Under the pieces are notes generated by a model. That model was not told where the DNA came from and did no database searches. It saw nothing but the letters and a program-made list of their open reading frames with translations. A stretch of 63,960 nucleotides of DNA, filler included, from Octopus bimaculoides (taxonomy: Eukaryota): the NCBI RefSeq assembly GCF_001194135.2. It is 5 parts of 5 records of this genome, joined end to end, with 100 filler letters (N's around TTAATTAATTAA, not from the genome) between each part and the next. Parts side by side here need not be neighbours in the genome. Positions count along the whole stretch, not along the records: positions 1 to 28,394 come from NC_068982.1; 4 more parts are not named here. One strand, written 5' to 3'. Shown here in pieces: positions 1-13,450 of this stretch. Each line of letters opens with the position of its first letter. Positions within the stretch are counted from its first letter, which is position 1. Made by a program: the position numbers and the translations under genes.

Positions 1-256
1 TCGTTATCCCCATTTTTTCTCGTCCCCTCGAAAAGTAAAACTCTACATTGTATTTGTCCCATCTATGTTGAGCCCTGTGTGGCTAATAAAGAAATCTATC
101 TATCGATCTATCTATCTGTCTGTCTGTCTGTCTGTGTATATGCATGTCTATTTACCATTATATTTAATCACACACACACACACACATACATATGGACGCT
201 CTCATGCAGAGTGAGTGACATTTGCTTGCTCAGCAACAGTCACTTGAGTGCAAAGG

Positions 257-317
257 TCATGCTAGCAGAAGTCTCCAGTAGTATCCTTTGTCTGTTGTGC
301 TTTTCTTGATTTTGTTA
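257..317 (-). CDS. Putative last coding exon of unidentified - strand gene: (R)NKIKKSTTDKGYYWRLLLA*
   Basis: Strong polypyrimidine acceptor (tttttcgcttttctgtacaactttctgtag). Phase 2 matches the 545-597 exon, the frame is open to TGA at 259-257, and an ATTAAA lies downstream on the - strand. Protein not recognised. Confidence 0.5.
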
Positions 318-544
318 CTACAGAAAGTTGTACAGAAAAGCGAAAAAGTCTAAACATTGGCACCGTACAAATTGCAAAAGGAATTTATTACAATGCAGTA
401 TGTTTGTGAAGTGCGCATACTGTATATTCATCCTGATTGTGTAACGTGAACTGCTACACAGTACGTTTGTTATCAGATACAGCCGGGTATTTGATGAAAT
501 GTCGAGACGCAAAAACCATACTATTTGACGCTATTCTCCCTTAC

Positions 545-597
545 CGTTTGTAGTCTACATGGTATGTGATGTTCCCCTTTGTGATGTATGCCTCATA
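545..597 (-). CDS. Putative internal exon: YEAYITKGNITYHVDYK(R)
   Basis: Acceptor tttagctttatatttgtcag, donor CG|gtaagg, 53 nt. Only one frame is open (phase 0 to 2), compatible with both neighbouring exons. Confidence 0.5.
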
Positions 598-856
598 CTG
601 ACAAATATAAAGCTAAACGTATCACAGACACAATTCGTAATACACTGAGTTTTATCTCATTCAGCAATGTAATGCATCAACCTATCCGCTGACATCTCTG
701 ACATCGTTAACACGTGAAAATAGGCTGGAAGGCTTACAGTGCACAGTGTTTGATGCATCTAATCACACGAGTGACTTGTAATTGACAATTAATTTCTTAA
801 ATGTGTTTGATTGCCTCATGAATTTTGCAGTTGAAAATACCGCGAATAAACATTAC

Positions 857-914
857 CGTACTAACCCATTGTGAAGTGGTGTGGTAGAACAAGTCCCTAT
901 ATACAGCTTCTAAG
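857..914 (-). CDS. Putative internal exon: LEAVYRDLFYHTTSQW(VST)
   Basis: Acceptor ttataaccag (weak). Two in-frame donors: TGG|gttagt (exon end 866) and ACG|gtaatg (exon end 857). Both end in phase 0, matching the next exon. Confidence 0.4.
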
Positions 915-1149
915 CTGGTTATAAATTTGTGTTTGCAATCGAATACAATTCATTCTCAGAAGCTTTAGAATGTTGGATGTAATGGTAAAACACGTTGCTT
1001 TATTCTATTCGTTTTCGATTCTGCTACTTGAGTTCCAAATTCCGCCTAGTTCAAATTTACTTCCATATTTTAGAGATAATAAAGAAAGTGCCAGTCGAGT
1101 ACTGGTGTGAATTCTACTGTTTAAAAATTTTTTTTCTTTATCACTCGCT

Positions 1150-1750
1150 CTTTCTAGACTGTACATACAACTCAAATATTCAGACCTGCCCCATAGTGTC
1201 CTACTGATTTGATCTGATAATTTCATTAATGAAACATGTGTTCGTGAAATATTTATCGTAGAATCTAATAGACGATACCACATAACACACAGATTTAAAT
1301 TTCCACATGAAAGTGTCTCCTGACGAATCACAGAAAGATGCACTGTAGGATTTATACATGACTTATGGTTACAAATCTTATAGACTTATCCATCGAGACT
1401 TTTCCATCACCATACATATTTTCTGTTTCCAACCACCACCTGTTGCACATATAAAATGTACTTTCTTCATATGTTTAAAAATATCTATACCAGTTGTTCT
1501 TTCATGCATGTTATTCACTGCTGCTATTTTTTTCAATTACTTTAAGATTTAAGATTTAGAACATCACCAACGTGTTAGACATAGCTGTTGATTGATCAAC
1601 TGTTCATTCATCAGCTATCAGAGAAAACCACACTGGAAATCTTTCGCTTTGTTTCACTGGATCAAGATATTGTCTACTATGATTTCGAATTTTACTTTAG
1701 ACTATCATTAATTCCTCTAGTGAACAATAGAAACACCAAATTGTCAGCCT
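1150..1750 (-). mobile_element. Decayed hAT transposase fragment (GTF2IRD2/SPIN/Buster-like)
   Basis: Minus-strand motifs in the expected order: WFSLIADE*T (cf. FSLALDEST), HERTTGIDIF (cf. TTGEDIF), IRQETLSCGNLNLCVM (cf. HCIIHQETLC). Stops and frameshifts present. Confidence 0.55.
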
Positions 1751-2569
1751 CATATGTCGACTCATCAAGTACTAGAGGGTCAAGGGGTCGATGTAATCGA
1801 TTTCGCTGTCCCTCAGAGTTGCTGGCCTTGTACCAAAATAAGAAAAGAATATTTAAAGGATTTATCACTGTAATATACTAACTACACATTATTCAATACG
1901 TTGTTATTTCCCATTCATAAAATATTTCATCTCCAGTTTTCTTTAAATGAGCAATCTTCAGAATTATATTTTACAAGTTTAGTGAAATACAAGCTATTAA
2001 ATGAATTATGATTCTGAAAAGGAAATAGAACAGATTACAAATCACAAAATTAAGTAACAAGATACTTCAATAAAAACGTATTTAGAAAAATGCATTAAAC
2101 ATATTTTCATATTTACTAAAATCAAATTTTACGATAATTTTCTGCTTTTCTGCAAAAATAGCATTAATTGCTTGTCTCTTTTCGAGAAGTGGTTCAGCAA
2201 TTTTATTATTCATCANNNNNNNNNNNNNNNNNNNNNNNNNNNNNNNNNNNNNNNNNNNNNNNNNNNNNNNNNNNNNNNNNNNNNNNNNNNNNNNNNNNNN
2301 NNNNNNNNNNNNNNNNNNNNNNNNNNNNNNNNNNNNNNNNNNNNNNNNNNNNNNNNNNNNNNNNNNNNNNNNNNNNNNNNNNNNNNNNNNNNNNNNNNNN
2401 NNNNNNNNNNNNNNNNNNNNNNNNNNNNNNNNNNNNNNNNNNNNNNNNNNNNNNNNNNNNNNNNNNNNNNNNNNNNNNNNNNNNNNNNNNNNNNNNNNNN
2501 NNNNNNNNNNNNNNNNNNNNNNNNNNNNNNNNNNNNNNNNNNNNNNNNNATTCTGTGTGCCTTAATATA

Positions 2570-3070
2570 TCAGGCTGAATAAAAAGTAAGCAACGTGTCG
2601 AAACATGAAATTCATCACAATATATTTCAACAATGTCGTAATTTTTATTAATCAAAGTAAGTACCATTACGATCAACATATTTTGCCAACGAATTACAAG
2701 TTTGTTTATTTCGGTAACATAAAAGTCTGGAGTTCTGGAACTGACGAACTCTTTGAACGCACTTTCAGCCTCGGTTTGACTTTTGAACTCCTTCTCTGGC
2801 AGGAAACCATCAAGGTGCTTGAAAAAGTGGTAGTCGGTAGGAGAAAGGTCTGGGGAATAAGCTGACTGTGGAAGAACTTCGTAGCCAAATGCCCTCAACT
2901 TCTGGAGCGTTATTCATGAAACTGTGTAGTTGAGCATTGTCATGAAGAATAATTGGCCCTCGTCTGTTGATCAGACTGGGATGGAGGAGTAGCAGCTTTT
3001 TTGTTCATTTTGGCAATATAGCAGATCCTCCAAGAGATTTTTTCACTGGAATGACAATGTGGTTTAGTGA
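2570..3070 (-). mobile_element. Mariner transposase 3' fragment with one terminal inverted repeat
   Basis: IILHDNA and YSPDLSPTDYHFFKHLD motifs. TA-tcaggctgaataaaaagtaa TIR-like end at ~2568-2590. Confidence 0.9.
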
Positions 3071-4490
3071 TTGTTCTTGCAGTATATGTGTAAGTTTTGT
3101 GATGAGTTTTCCTTACATGTGTGTGTATCTTAGTGTCTGTATGGAGTATGGAGTAAAAATTGAAATTTGGTTTTCTTTTTCATGTTTTGCGCTTATCTTG
3201 ACTTACTGATTGAGCAGACCTATGACCAGTGGGATAACAATTATTGGTGGACCATTTCGTCTACAGATTTTGCCTTCTCCCTCTGTTATCTTAACACTAT
3301 TTCTTCCGTAAACTTTATGGCTCTGAGCAAAATTGAATTTTAAAATATTTTTGTTGTTTATTAGACGTCAATGTGTAACAGAAGGGAGCTGACATTTGAT
3401 TCGAGCAAGGAGAGAAAGAACGCGTACGCTCTTGTTATTGCTTTTTGTTGTCGATGATCCTGATTGTAACAAAAATTGTGTGGTTATTATCGTTCTGTTT
3501 GTTCATGGTAATCGCAGATATAATATTAGAAAGGATATCAAAGTCACTGTCTATAACTATAATTGTCAACTTTGTTGTTCTTTGGTTAAGCGCTACAATA
3601 AATCACATTCAGTTAGCTTAGGATTTTAAAAGATATTCAAGTCGTGAACATTTCTTCCTTGTAGGAGGTGTATACAACTACATGATTTAATCTGTTCTTT
3701 ATTTAAGATCGTGGGAATTTAGTGAAGCGAAATTTGGTTGCTATTTTTGAGAAAGGAAGTCGAAGACATTGAAGAATCTGCGTTGGCTCTCGCTTTTGTT
3801 GCTGCTACTGTTGTCTAGACCTGAGTTCTTATTGTGATCTTACGTTCTCAGTTGGAGGAGATCTGGTTTTCGTGTTGTTACTGTTTCTTAACTCCAGGTC
3901 AAACGTGATTACGCGAATCACAATGATAATTCTTCTTCAACCTACTCTCTCAGATTGAAAATGCTGGCAGTGAAGAGCAAAATAAAAACACCACGACCAA
4001 GATTCTAAATAGTGTCTAGGTGTGATCTTAGTCGGAGCTCATAACCTCGTCCTTTCTATGGAAGATTCACACTTTTTGAGATAACACTGAATTAAATCAA
4101 AAGTTTTACTATGTTTGAGTGAACATATTTCGTAACTACACAACACTCAACTCGTTACCAAATTTAATTCACGGTATCTAGCACCGACTAATGTTGTTTG
4201 GGATGGAATATAGTCGATGTATTAATCACAATATTGACTTGCTCCAGTTGCCCGAATTTGCTGGAGTACTAGAAGTGGTAAGAGGTTAAATTTTGTAATA
4301 TTTTAAGGCTGACTGTCTGACGATCCAGCAACACCCAGAATTTTCCCATGTATGAAGTATTCCTACTTTAGAACTTATGCAGCTTACAAAAAATGATGGA
4401 CACATTAAACAGGGTTTGAAATATAGTTACGTCTTTCACTAATCATTGCCTTGTCTACTCTCCAGCATATATTAAAAATTATTATTGTTG

Positions 4491-4545
<55 letters not shown>

Positions 4546-4547
<2 letters not shown>

Positions 4548-5106
4548 GCTCGACTTTTGCTTTGTATTTGTACAAGTTGACTCGACTCCAAGTCTCATCT
4601 AGAGACCTCAATAAACAACAAGTTAGAAGTTCATGTTGGTGTTATGCCTAGGGTGTCATATATTTGGTTTTGCACATAGTATTGTTCTAGAGAATGTTCA
4701 AGAACGCTTAAGAAAATTATGAGTTTGTTTTAAAATTTGAGATTACATAGGCAGTATCTTATGTAAGATATGGTCAGTTCCCATGAGCACAATCTTTTTG
4801 AATTTCTGCCATTTTGAGGTATCCTCGTACCTGACCTAGATGGGAATCAGCCCGTTTTGCTATCATTCTTAGGGAACCTATGGCAACAGGTATTGTTTTA
4901 TTCTTCAGGTTCCACATTTTGCCAATTTCTGTTTCAAGATCTTTATACTTGCTCAGTTATTGGTAAGCCTTGGCAGATACATTTATGACGATTGGGACAG
5001 TCATATCAATAAGGAGGCATGATTTTTGTTTGAAGTATTTCAATGTAATGTCTGACCTATTTATATCTATCTTTCTGTCAGTTTGAATAGTGAAGTTCCA
5101 GAGGAG
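4546..5106 (-). mobile_element. R4/Dong-like (restriction-like endonuclease) non-LTR retrotransposon 3' end
   Basis: LLWNFTIQTDRKIDINRSDI...LLIDMTVP...KYKDLETEI RLE motif. The 3' UTR ends in an (AAT)n tail at ~4480-4545. Same family as 24487-25491. Confidence 0.85.
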
Positions 5107-5693
5107 NNNNNNNNNNNNNNNNNNNNNNNNNNNNNNNNNNNNNNNNNNNNNNNNNNNNNNNNNNNNNNNNNNNNNNNNNNNNNNNNNNNNNNNNNNNNNN
5201 NNNNNNNNNNNNNNNNNNNNNNNNNNNNNNNNNNNNNNNNNNNNNNNNNNNNNNNNNNNNNNNNNNNNNNNNNNNNNNNNNNNNNNNNNNNNNNNNNNNN
5301 TTCTTCTTCTTCTTCTTCTTCTTCTTACTGTTATGTTTTTTTTCTTCTTCAAATTTTCTTCCATTCCTCGTCCAGTGTTTTCCGTACATCTAGGGCAGAG
5401 AAGGAATTGGAGAAGGTGCTTGCTTCTAGGGTTTTAGGGAAATCTCGGACAGTAGGGTTCCTCGATCATCCCTAGAGGCATTCCTGTATCAGGAGGGCCG
5501 CATCTATGTCATTCTCCCCGCTTTATTTCTTTACATTTTTATGCTATGCATATGTCCCTTCTTTTTCTGTGTATACCGTGTATACTTACCATTTTTTTAA
5601 TCATTTCATTATCATATGTAAACCCCCACACGTTATGTCTGTCTCTGTATTGTCTCCTTCATCCTTCGCCCTTGCGGCAAATAAAAGAATCGT

Positions 5694-5750
<57 letters not shown>

Positions 5751-5789
5751 GATGTATTATGCTTTGTATGTAATGATGTGAAAACAGTA

Positions 5790-6480
5790 TTGTATTTACG
5801 GCTTTGCTTTTAGCTTTTTATTCTCATACACAGTGAACCATTTATCATTTATACTATTTTTGCTCTCATACACCACACAGTTCCTATTTCTAATTTACGT
5901 TCTCTTTGCTTTAATAATCTTGGAAGCTACTGTATGACAATATTAGGAACGGAAACGTTTCCATTTGGTTTTCATCAAGATACTTGGGCAGCACACTTTT
6001 CAAATTTGTGTAGACATATTACAGAATATTCATTTACTGATTTTGTGATATAGTGAATTTGATGATTGCTTGTAGCATTTACTTATTGTTATTTTGAAAT
6101 GTCTGGGTATTGGCCTTTAGATAATTACTAACACACTCGCGTGTATAAGTATATCCCGTCTTTGTGAGTTCTTTAAAAGCGGAATGAGGTAGCCAATATT
6201 CTCTTATTTTATCAGCTTGGTCTGCTGTTGAAGTAAACTTATTAATTCTTTCTGATAGATTTTTTTTCATTGTGTGGCTCAGCATTGATTTGAAGTACCT
6301 AGAATTATGCTTACCATTAGTACCTTTATTCTAGATGCATTTAAAATATAGTTCACTGTCATATTTGTTGACTTGCACTTTGTCCGGGCATAATTTCGCT
6401 TCGGTCATATCTTATTGTATAGAAATCAAATTTATTTTCTGTTTTTTTTTTGTCTATTCGCTTTAGCTATCGTTATTTGT
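5790..6480 (-). mobile_element. Heavily decayed R4/Dong-like RT N-terminal fragment
   Basis: ADQADKIREYWL resembles PGPDxIxNxWL; VNEYSVICL resembles KNYRPITCL. Many stops. Confidence 0.4.
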
Positions 6481-7485
6481 ATGTTTCGCCATCCACTGAG
6501 CTTGTAGTTTTTACATACCTCCTATGTTAGAAATAGAAAATAGTGCTTGGTTTTTTTCATATTTCAGTATTTCTCAGATAAGTCTTCCTGTACTATTTTC
6601 TAAGTAATTTTTAAAATTGTACTTATTTTTAAATAGTTCACTCTTTGCATCAGGTATTTTCTTCTTCGTGCGCATTGTATATATTTCAGTTTAATTGCCT
6701 CGGTGGTATTGGCATGCATTGCAATGGACAGTTTTCTGTTTTCCTTTCAACAAATGTGCAATGTGTTGGTACACAAGCTGTAATTTACTAAGTGGAGAGA
6801 TACTCTGATTACATTCTTAATTCAGGTGATGAGTTCAACTTTAAGCCATTCAGCGATGGAGTAGTCACTCTTCACGAGTCTGCAATTTTACAGACGAAGC
6901 TAGTCTAGTCCAGTAATGGAGTTTCGCTCATGGGGTGGTTATCTCCCCTGTGAGTATATCAAAATGCGCCACATTACAGTTCTTAGGGCTTTAACTTTTA
7001 TTTATAGCAATATAGGCGCTACTCAGTAGCGAAATTAATGACGACTGAATTTTTCTTTTTTGGCTTTATATTGTGTATACCTGCTTACGTTACTTTANNN
7101 NNNNNNNNNNNNNNNNNNNNNNNNNNNNNNNNNNNNNNNNNNNNNNNNNNNNNNNNNNNNNNNNNNNNNNNNNNNNNNNNNNNNNNNNNNNNNNNNNNNN
7201 NNNNNNNNNNNNNNNNNNNNNNNNNNNNNNNNNNNNNNNNNNNNNNNNNNNNNNNNNNNNNNNNNNNNNNNNNNNNNNNNNNNNNNNNNNNNNNNNNNNN
7301 NNNNNNNNNNNNNNNNNNNNNNNNNNNNNNNNNNNNNNNNNNNNNNNNNNNNNNNNNNNNNNNNNNNNNNNNNNNNNNNNNNNNNNNNNNNNNNNNNNNN
7401 NNNNNNNNNNNNNNNNNNNNNNNNNNNNNNNNNNNNNNNNNNNNNNNNNNNNNNNNNNNNNNNNNNNNNNNNNNNNNNNNNNNNN

Positions 7486-7541
<56 letters not shown>

Positions 7542-7699
7542 TCTTCCAAGTACTCGTTACTGATTTTCTCCTTAATTATTTCTTTATTGTACATTGTATC
7601 AGGTCTATTTGATCGTAAGTTCATATATGAGAGGGAACTATGTTTTGAGAGTCTAATTCTAACAGTATTTTGAGTTGGATGTCGTAATTCACCTCTTCT

Positions 7700-8290
7700 T
7701 TAATTACTAGGCTTAGTTCGTTTAATATTATATGAATTTGATTTTACTCTGCAATAGAGATTAAATGTTGAGTTGATTGTCGCCATTGAGGTGATTGCTT
7801 TCCAGTTTAGTGTTAACGGATGTATATTGAGATACTTATAGTTTATGAATATCATTTGTAAGCATTAATAGTCTTATTTCATACGTCCATCAGTGGAGCC
7901 AGAGATAGACGGAAATATTAGCAATAAGAAGTCTCAATGAAAAATTCGTTTTTTCTTTTGGAAGAGAAAGTACTGATTAAAGTCGTACTGCAGAGTTAAA
8001 TGACATTCTTCATTTTGACAGACTAAGGCTGCTATAGTGTCACACAATTGTGCGTATGTGGGTGTGCTTTGTTTACGCAGTATTTGTCCTGTATTCAATA
8101 TCCAAGAAAGCTATAGAAAGCTTTTCGGCAATCGATTCATGCCATGTTGAGAGTTTTGTTTTCTTCCTTGATATCTCTTACAACTATTCGTTTATCAAAC
8201 GCTATCAGAATGATAATCCTTTCATACATCTTCCTTGGTTCTGTAGTAAGGTATTATTATCTTTCAGATGAGTAGCCAGCCTACTGGAAG
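7700..8290 (-). mobile_element. Decayed non-LTR RT fragment
   Basis: LNMA*IDCRKAF resembles the AWIDYxKAF RT motif. Multiple lesions. Confidence 0.4.
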
Positions 8291-8442
8291 GTGTATATGT
8301 CAGAGATGATTATGGAGTGCCGTATTTATTCTGTGGTAAGCCATATTCCCATGCATAAATACATCACTATATATATATATATATATGATTGTATGTGTGT
8401 GTAATGTGTACAATGTATATATATGTGTATGCTTGTGCGCGC

Positions 8443-8483
<41 letters not shown>

Positions 8484-10014
8484 TGTGAGTGTGTAGATTT
8501 CTGCACTATTCGTCTTGTTTTTTTAAAGTTCTCCAGTAGGTATGTTATCAGATTTTTGTGTTTTAATCCAACCTTCTTGTTATTCCTTTTGGAAATCTAT
8601 TTAGTTATATAGTTCAGATACGTAGTTTCTATTAATGTGTTCCAATATCTTTTGCTTGTTGTCTTATTTCTCGTTATATTTGTTCTAATATCTAATTGAC
8701 CAAACTCCATACCTTTGAGAGTAGCACACACAATTTTCAAATTCTTGTTCAGCAAGATTTGTCATGAGCAGATGTTTTACATTTGTTTTCACTTTCAGGA
8801 TTTTCGGTTTTATTGCAATTTCTATATTTCTGATAACTTTTTCCCGTTATACTTTACAGCTTCTACTTCTGTTTCACTTACAGAATATATGACTCTTCTA
8901 TTTTCTTGATGTATTATTTTTCCCTTCTCTTTGTGGAGGGTTTGGGGAAGTAATAATATAAGCTATGAGGATAGAACTTGGTTTCCTTCAATGCAACCAT
9001 GACTACTCGCTAAATTACATTATTCAGAATATCGACATTGAAATTGGTTTCCGTGGAAGGCATTCTTTGAAAACCTGCTCACATTTTGCTATCAAGTTCA
9101 TTGCATTATTTGTTGTTTGTCTTCTTGCACGTTGTAGTTCTTTCTCTTTGGTGATTTTGATAGGATCAATTTTATTCTATTACGTGTTTTATTTCCTTTC
9201 GCGTAATATGCAGGTCCTGGGGTATTTTTTGTTGTCATTGGTTAACTGAATTATTATTTCTATTCGACTTGTTTTTAATCCCCTTTCCCAAATTTGTGAT
9301 ATTGTATTTATGTGAATGTCAGCTATCTTCTCTTTATTTGTTTTGTTTGTCGTGTTGACTATAATTTACATTTTCTTCATTCTGTTAAAGTATTCCCATT
9401 GATTTTAAATGGCTCACCGACTTTGGGAAAGTTGTCAGCTTTCGTTGGAGGTGAAATCTTATGATTTTAGTGGGTTTGATACTTATTGTTAGTTGATACT
9501 TATTGTTAGACTAATGTGTATTTCATTGTCATATGTTGTCTGTTTTCGGTTTTTGACATATTATATCATATTGTATTTTTCCGAGTGTTAGTCAGTCACA
9601 TGTTAATCGGAAAACCGATTCATGGAAAGAGCAAACCAGTTTTGGCTTTCTTTATAAAATGACGACCATAATGGTGAATAGTGATGAACAGGACACTGGA
9701 AGTCTAACAGAGTGTGACGCGTCAATTACTGTGCCTGTTGCAGTCATATAATAAACAAATCAAAAGAAAACATAAAGAACGTTCGGATATTTCCGTGAAT
9801 TCAGTTGGCTAAATTTTATTTCTTCCTCTGTATCGTACTATTCTTTTATTGAGTGTTAGGTAGAGTATGGCTTTCCAGCAAGCGTACAACACTTCCAAGT
9901 CGTGTTCGTTGGTCCATCGTTATAGGATGTTATAAGTGTACTCCGATAGATGATATTTTATCAGTAGAAATATATTTATTCGTTTGTAAAGACCTGAAGA
10001 GAAGACGCCAAATC

Positions 10015-10150
10015 TTACTTCTTTATTGCCCACAATGGGTTAAACATAGAGGGATCAAACAAGGACAGACAAAGGGATTAAGTCGATTACATCGAGACCA
10101 GTGCGTAACTGGTACTTAATTTATCGACCCAGAAAGGATGAAAGGCATTC
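10015..10150 (-). mobile_element. SINE family A fragment (core ctttcatcctt..gggtcgataaattaagtaccag)
   Basis: Reverse complement matches copies at 15425, 21535, 35654, 58600 and 61770-62300. Confidence 0.7.
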
Positions 10151-11880
10151 TGTCACTGATTGTAGTGTGGTCACATTTACATCCCATCATAATCATTAAC
10201 CATTATTTAGAACTTAAGATATTTGGAATTCTCTCACTTGTTGATTATCGCTAGGTAGGTACTGATGAAGCAGGTCTGTGATCAAAAGCATTCACAATAT
10301 ACCTAGTCCGCATTTTTTTACGCACAATGCGCAATAAACTACGCTATTTTTATTTAAATTTCGTTAAATTTTGTTTAGGGGCGCAGTGTATTGCATGGGA
10401 CATATTTATTTGATATATCTTACATGACGAGTGACTACGTAAATGAGCCCCTGCCTGCTCTTGTAACTCAGATATGTGCATTTTCGGTTGTGCTTAGCAC
10501 ATTGTATAACGTTAGTTCTTAATGCTGTGTAACTCTAAATCAGTTCTCATTGATCTGAGTCTCTGATAAAATGCATTCAAACTTTGGACATTTCATTCTT
10601 TCGTTTATATTACTACGTTGTTCACTATGTACCGCCAGTTTTAAGAAGATAGTGTTCCATTTGAGAGACACTGGTTGCTGTTCCTAGCAGGGTGAGTGGC
10701 CGTGTAAACAATTCTCACTGATTCCTTTCGATTTATATATGTTTTATATTGCTTTGCTTTTTGGCGTCTCTGTCCTGGTACTAATGATGAATTGGTTGCA
10801 CTTAAAATAATTATTTGTCATTGTAAACAAATTTTCATCCTGAATAAAGACAAATAAAACATATAAGCATTGCGTGTAGTTTATGAGGACGGGTAACATC
10901 ACTGTTTGTATGACTTAGTAATTTTACTTGCACTTTCTCTGATATGAAACATTTGCAACTTTTCAAATGGAATGTCAAGTTTCAGAATATGTATTATAGT
11001 TCTTTATTCGAAGAACTATTCCTGATCAAGCAGGCTCACGATCAAGTGCGTTTCAGTTGTGATTATCTATTATTCTGTGTAACACAATTTATGTCCATGG
11101 GTTACCTCTAGACAATGTGAAAAATGATTAATATTTCCTTTAAACTTTGCTTTTCTTATACTTATTCAAACCGCAAAGAATTCCTATCAACACATTATTG
11201 TGACTCTCCCCAACTACTCCTACTCATGATCAAAGATGCACATATTTTAAGGCACTAAGGGACATGCTCCAGAGTTTATGGTTAAGCAACTGACAAACAA
11301 CTCTCTGATATTCAGCACAATATTTGCTCTAACGATATTTCTGCATCATCAACTCAGCGCAAAAACTGTGAAATGTAATGGAAAAATATCAGTTTCAAAA
11401 CATTGATGTCCGGGTCACAAAAGCACAGTTTGAAGGGAATAGTGGTCATACTCTTTCATTTATAGATAGGAAATAATAATTACGGTCCAGAGGCAAAATG
11501 AGACAGTTTTCACAGTGTTATCTGGTTTTGACTGAGATCTGCATTATCGAATGTGTCTTTCTTTTTTCAAAACATTAGGGTGTAAATTGTAGGGGCTCTA
11601 CCACTTGATTAAATCAGCGTCGTTTTAAACCACTGGTCAGTAGATGGCAACATCCCTAAAGCGTAAGGCTACATGTAGTTTCATGCTATATTTAGTCTGA
11701 CGCTTGTCTTGCTTTCGAATTCTAAATCACACAATGTTCGATTATATGTTTCATTATTTTGACTCGATTATTATTATTATTATTATTTTTATTTTCATAT
11801 GCACTCAACAGATTGGAAAGGAAAAAATCCTAACATCGGGCTGAAAGTAACCTTAGATGCCAAAAACCCTCCTATCGGGC

Positions 11881-11947
<67 letters not shown>

Positions 11948-11950
<3 letters not shown>

Positions 11951-12582
11951 TAGTTTTATTTTTATAACGTGCTTTCACTTCACTACCGAGCGCAGCTCTG
12001 TGTTCTTTGTGTATGTGCTGTGGTTTGCTGTGATGCTCTTATGGTTACTGTATTGAAAGTGTTTTGCGTAGGATGTGTGCAGTGCCCAGTAGGTGCAATT
12101 TTCTGTATGTTATATATATTTGTAAGTCCTGTTGTTTTTGTTATGTATTTGTCTGAATATTATTTTATTATACCTAAGGCGCCTTCTATGATAGGAATTG
12201 TTTCTGTCTTTAGATTCAACATTCGAGTTGCATCTATTTCCAGGTCTTTGTATTTTGAAAGTTTCTCCATTTCTTTTAGAGAAACGTTGTCATCTACTGG
12301 TGTTAATACATCAATTAGAAAGCATATTTTCCTTCATGATCTTTGACAACTATATCTGGTCTATTGGCCTTAATTTCTCTATCTGTGTGTATTGGCATAT
12401 ACCAGAGTATGGTTGCTTTCTCGTTTCCTGTGACCTTTTCTGGCGTGTGTTTATACCATGTTTTTTCTGTTGTTATTCCATAGTGTTGGTATAGCTTCCA
12501 GTGTATATAGGTTCCGTCTCTGTCGTGTCTGTGAATATATTCCTTCTCAGCCAGGACTGGGCAGCCAGAGATAATATGATTT
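11948..12582 (-). mobile_element. 5'-truncated R4/Dong-like LINE inserted in a (TAA)n microsatellite
   Basis: HIISGCPVLAEKEYIHRHD (CCHC region), ANRPDIVVKD and KYKDLEI motifs. (ATT)n on both flanks (~11880-11947 and ~12583-12680). Same 3' end recurs at 62324. Confidence 0.9.
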
Positions 12583-12583
12583 A

Positions 12584-12657
<74 letters not shown>

Positions 12658-12789
12658 GTTATTATTATCATTATTACTATTTTCCCTCTACCACAGGTTC
12701 TGTTGGAGCTCCTGGAGTCTTACACACGTAGTAGGCTTACTACTTGCATCCTACGGTACCTACGGTACCTACGGTAACATGCTATTCGT

Positions 12790-13150
12790 TCATGTTTACA
12801 GTATTGAAAATGTTTTACATAGGATGTGTGCGGTGCATAGTAGTGCTATTTTCTATTATTTCTTTTTTGTATTTGTCAACATCCTTACAGACTGAAAACA
12901 GTTTTTTGATTTGTTCGTGTTGTGTGGCTATTTGTAATAGTTATCCTTGCTTCCGAAGAAGGTGTTTCTGTAGTCCTATGGTGGTTATTTTGTAATAGTT
13001 TTCTATTACAAAATATGCTACATTGTATAAATAGTCTTTCTATGTCAGATTTTGGGTAGTGCATCCTAAATCCTGTCATTATTTTTCTTGCTTTCCTGTC
13101 TATTTTGATTAATTCATTTGGAGTCCAGTAAAGAATATTGTAACTGTAAC
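12790..13150 (-). mobile_element. Internally deleted R4/Dong-like fragment
   Basis: 3' end similar to the 11948 copy, joined to the RT-region motif MHYPKSDIERLF. Followed by (ATT)n. Confidence 0.6.
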
Positions 13151-13189
<39 letters not shown>

Positions 13190-13191
<2 letters not shown>

Positions 13192-13450
13192 GAGTGAGAG
13201 AGAAGTGCATGTTATCTAAGTGACGTTGGGGTACAAATATACAAAAATCAATATACCCATCATAACTGTCCGTCTGATAAAAGAACACCAGGAACATATG
13301 TCACAACCTTATGCGCGTGACATGGAGATCTCATATCAAGATATACTGCTCATGACTTTGCAGGTGGGGCCCAGTTAGAATTGTCTTCAATTTGAGTAGC
13401 TCATCCCGCTCAAAAGGTCGCTGAATAAGGGTTGTTTAAGGATGACGAAC
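13190..13450 (-). mobile_element. 3' UTR-like repeat ending in (AAT)n (family also at 25550-25760 and 27170-27410)
   Basis: Three similar copies in the window, each abutting a TAA-type microsatellite at the same end. Confidence 0.6.

Noticed and set aside
1150-1552. + strand LDCTYNSNIQTCPIV...IPVVLSCMLF as a Cys-loop receptor remnant
   Set aside because: Weak resemblance only; the - strand carries ordered hAT transposase motifs that explain the region better.
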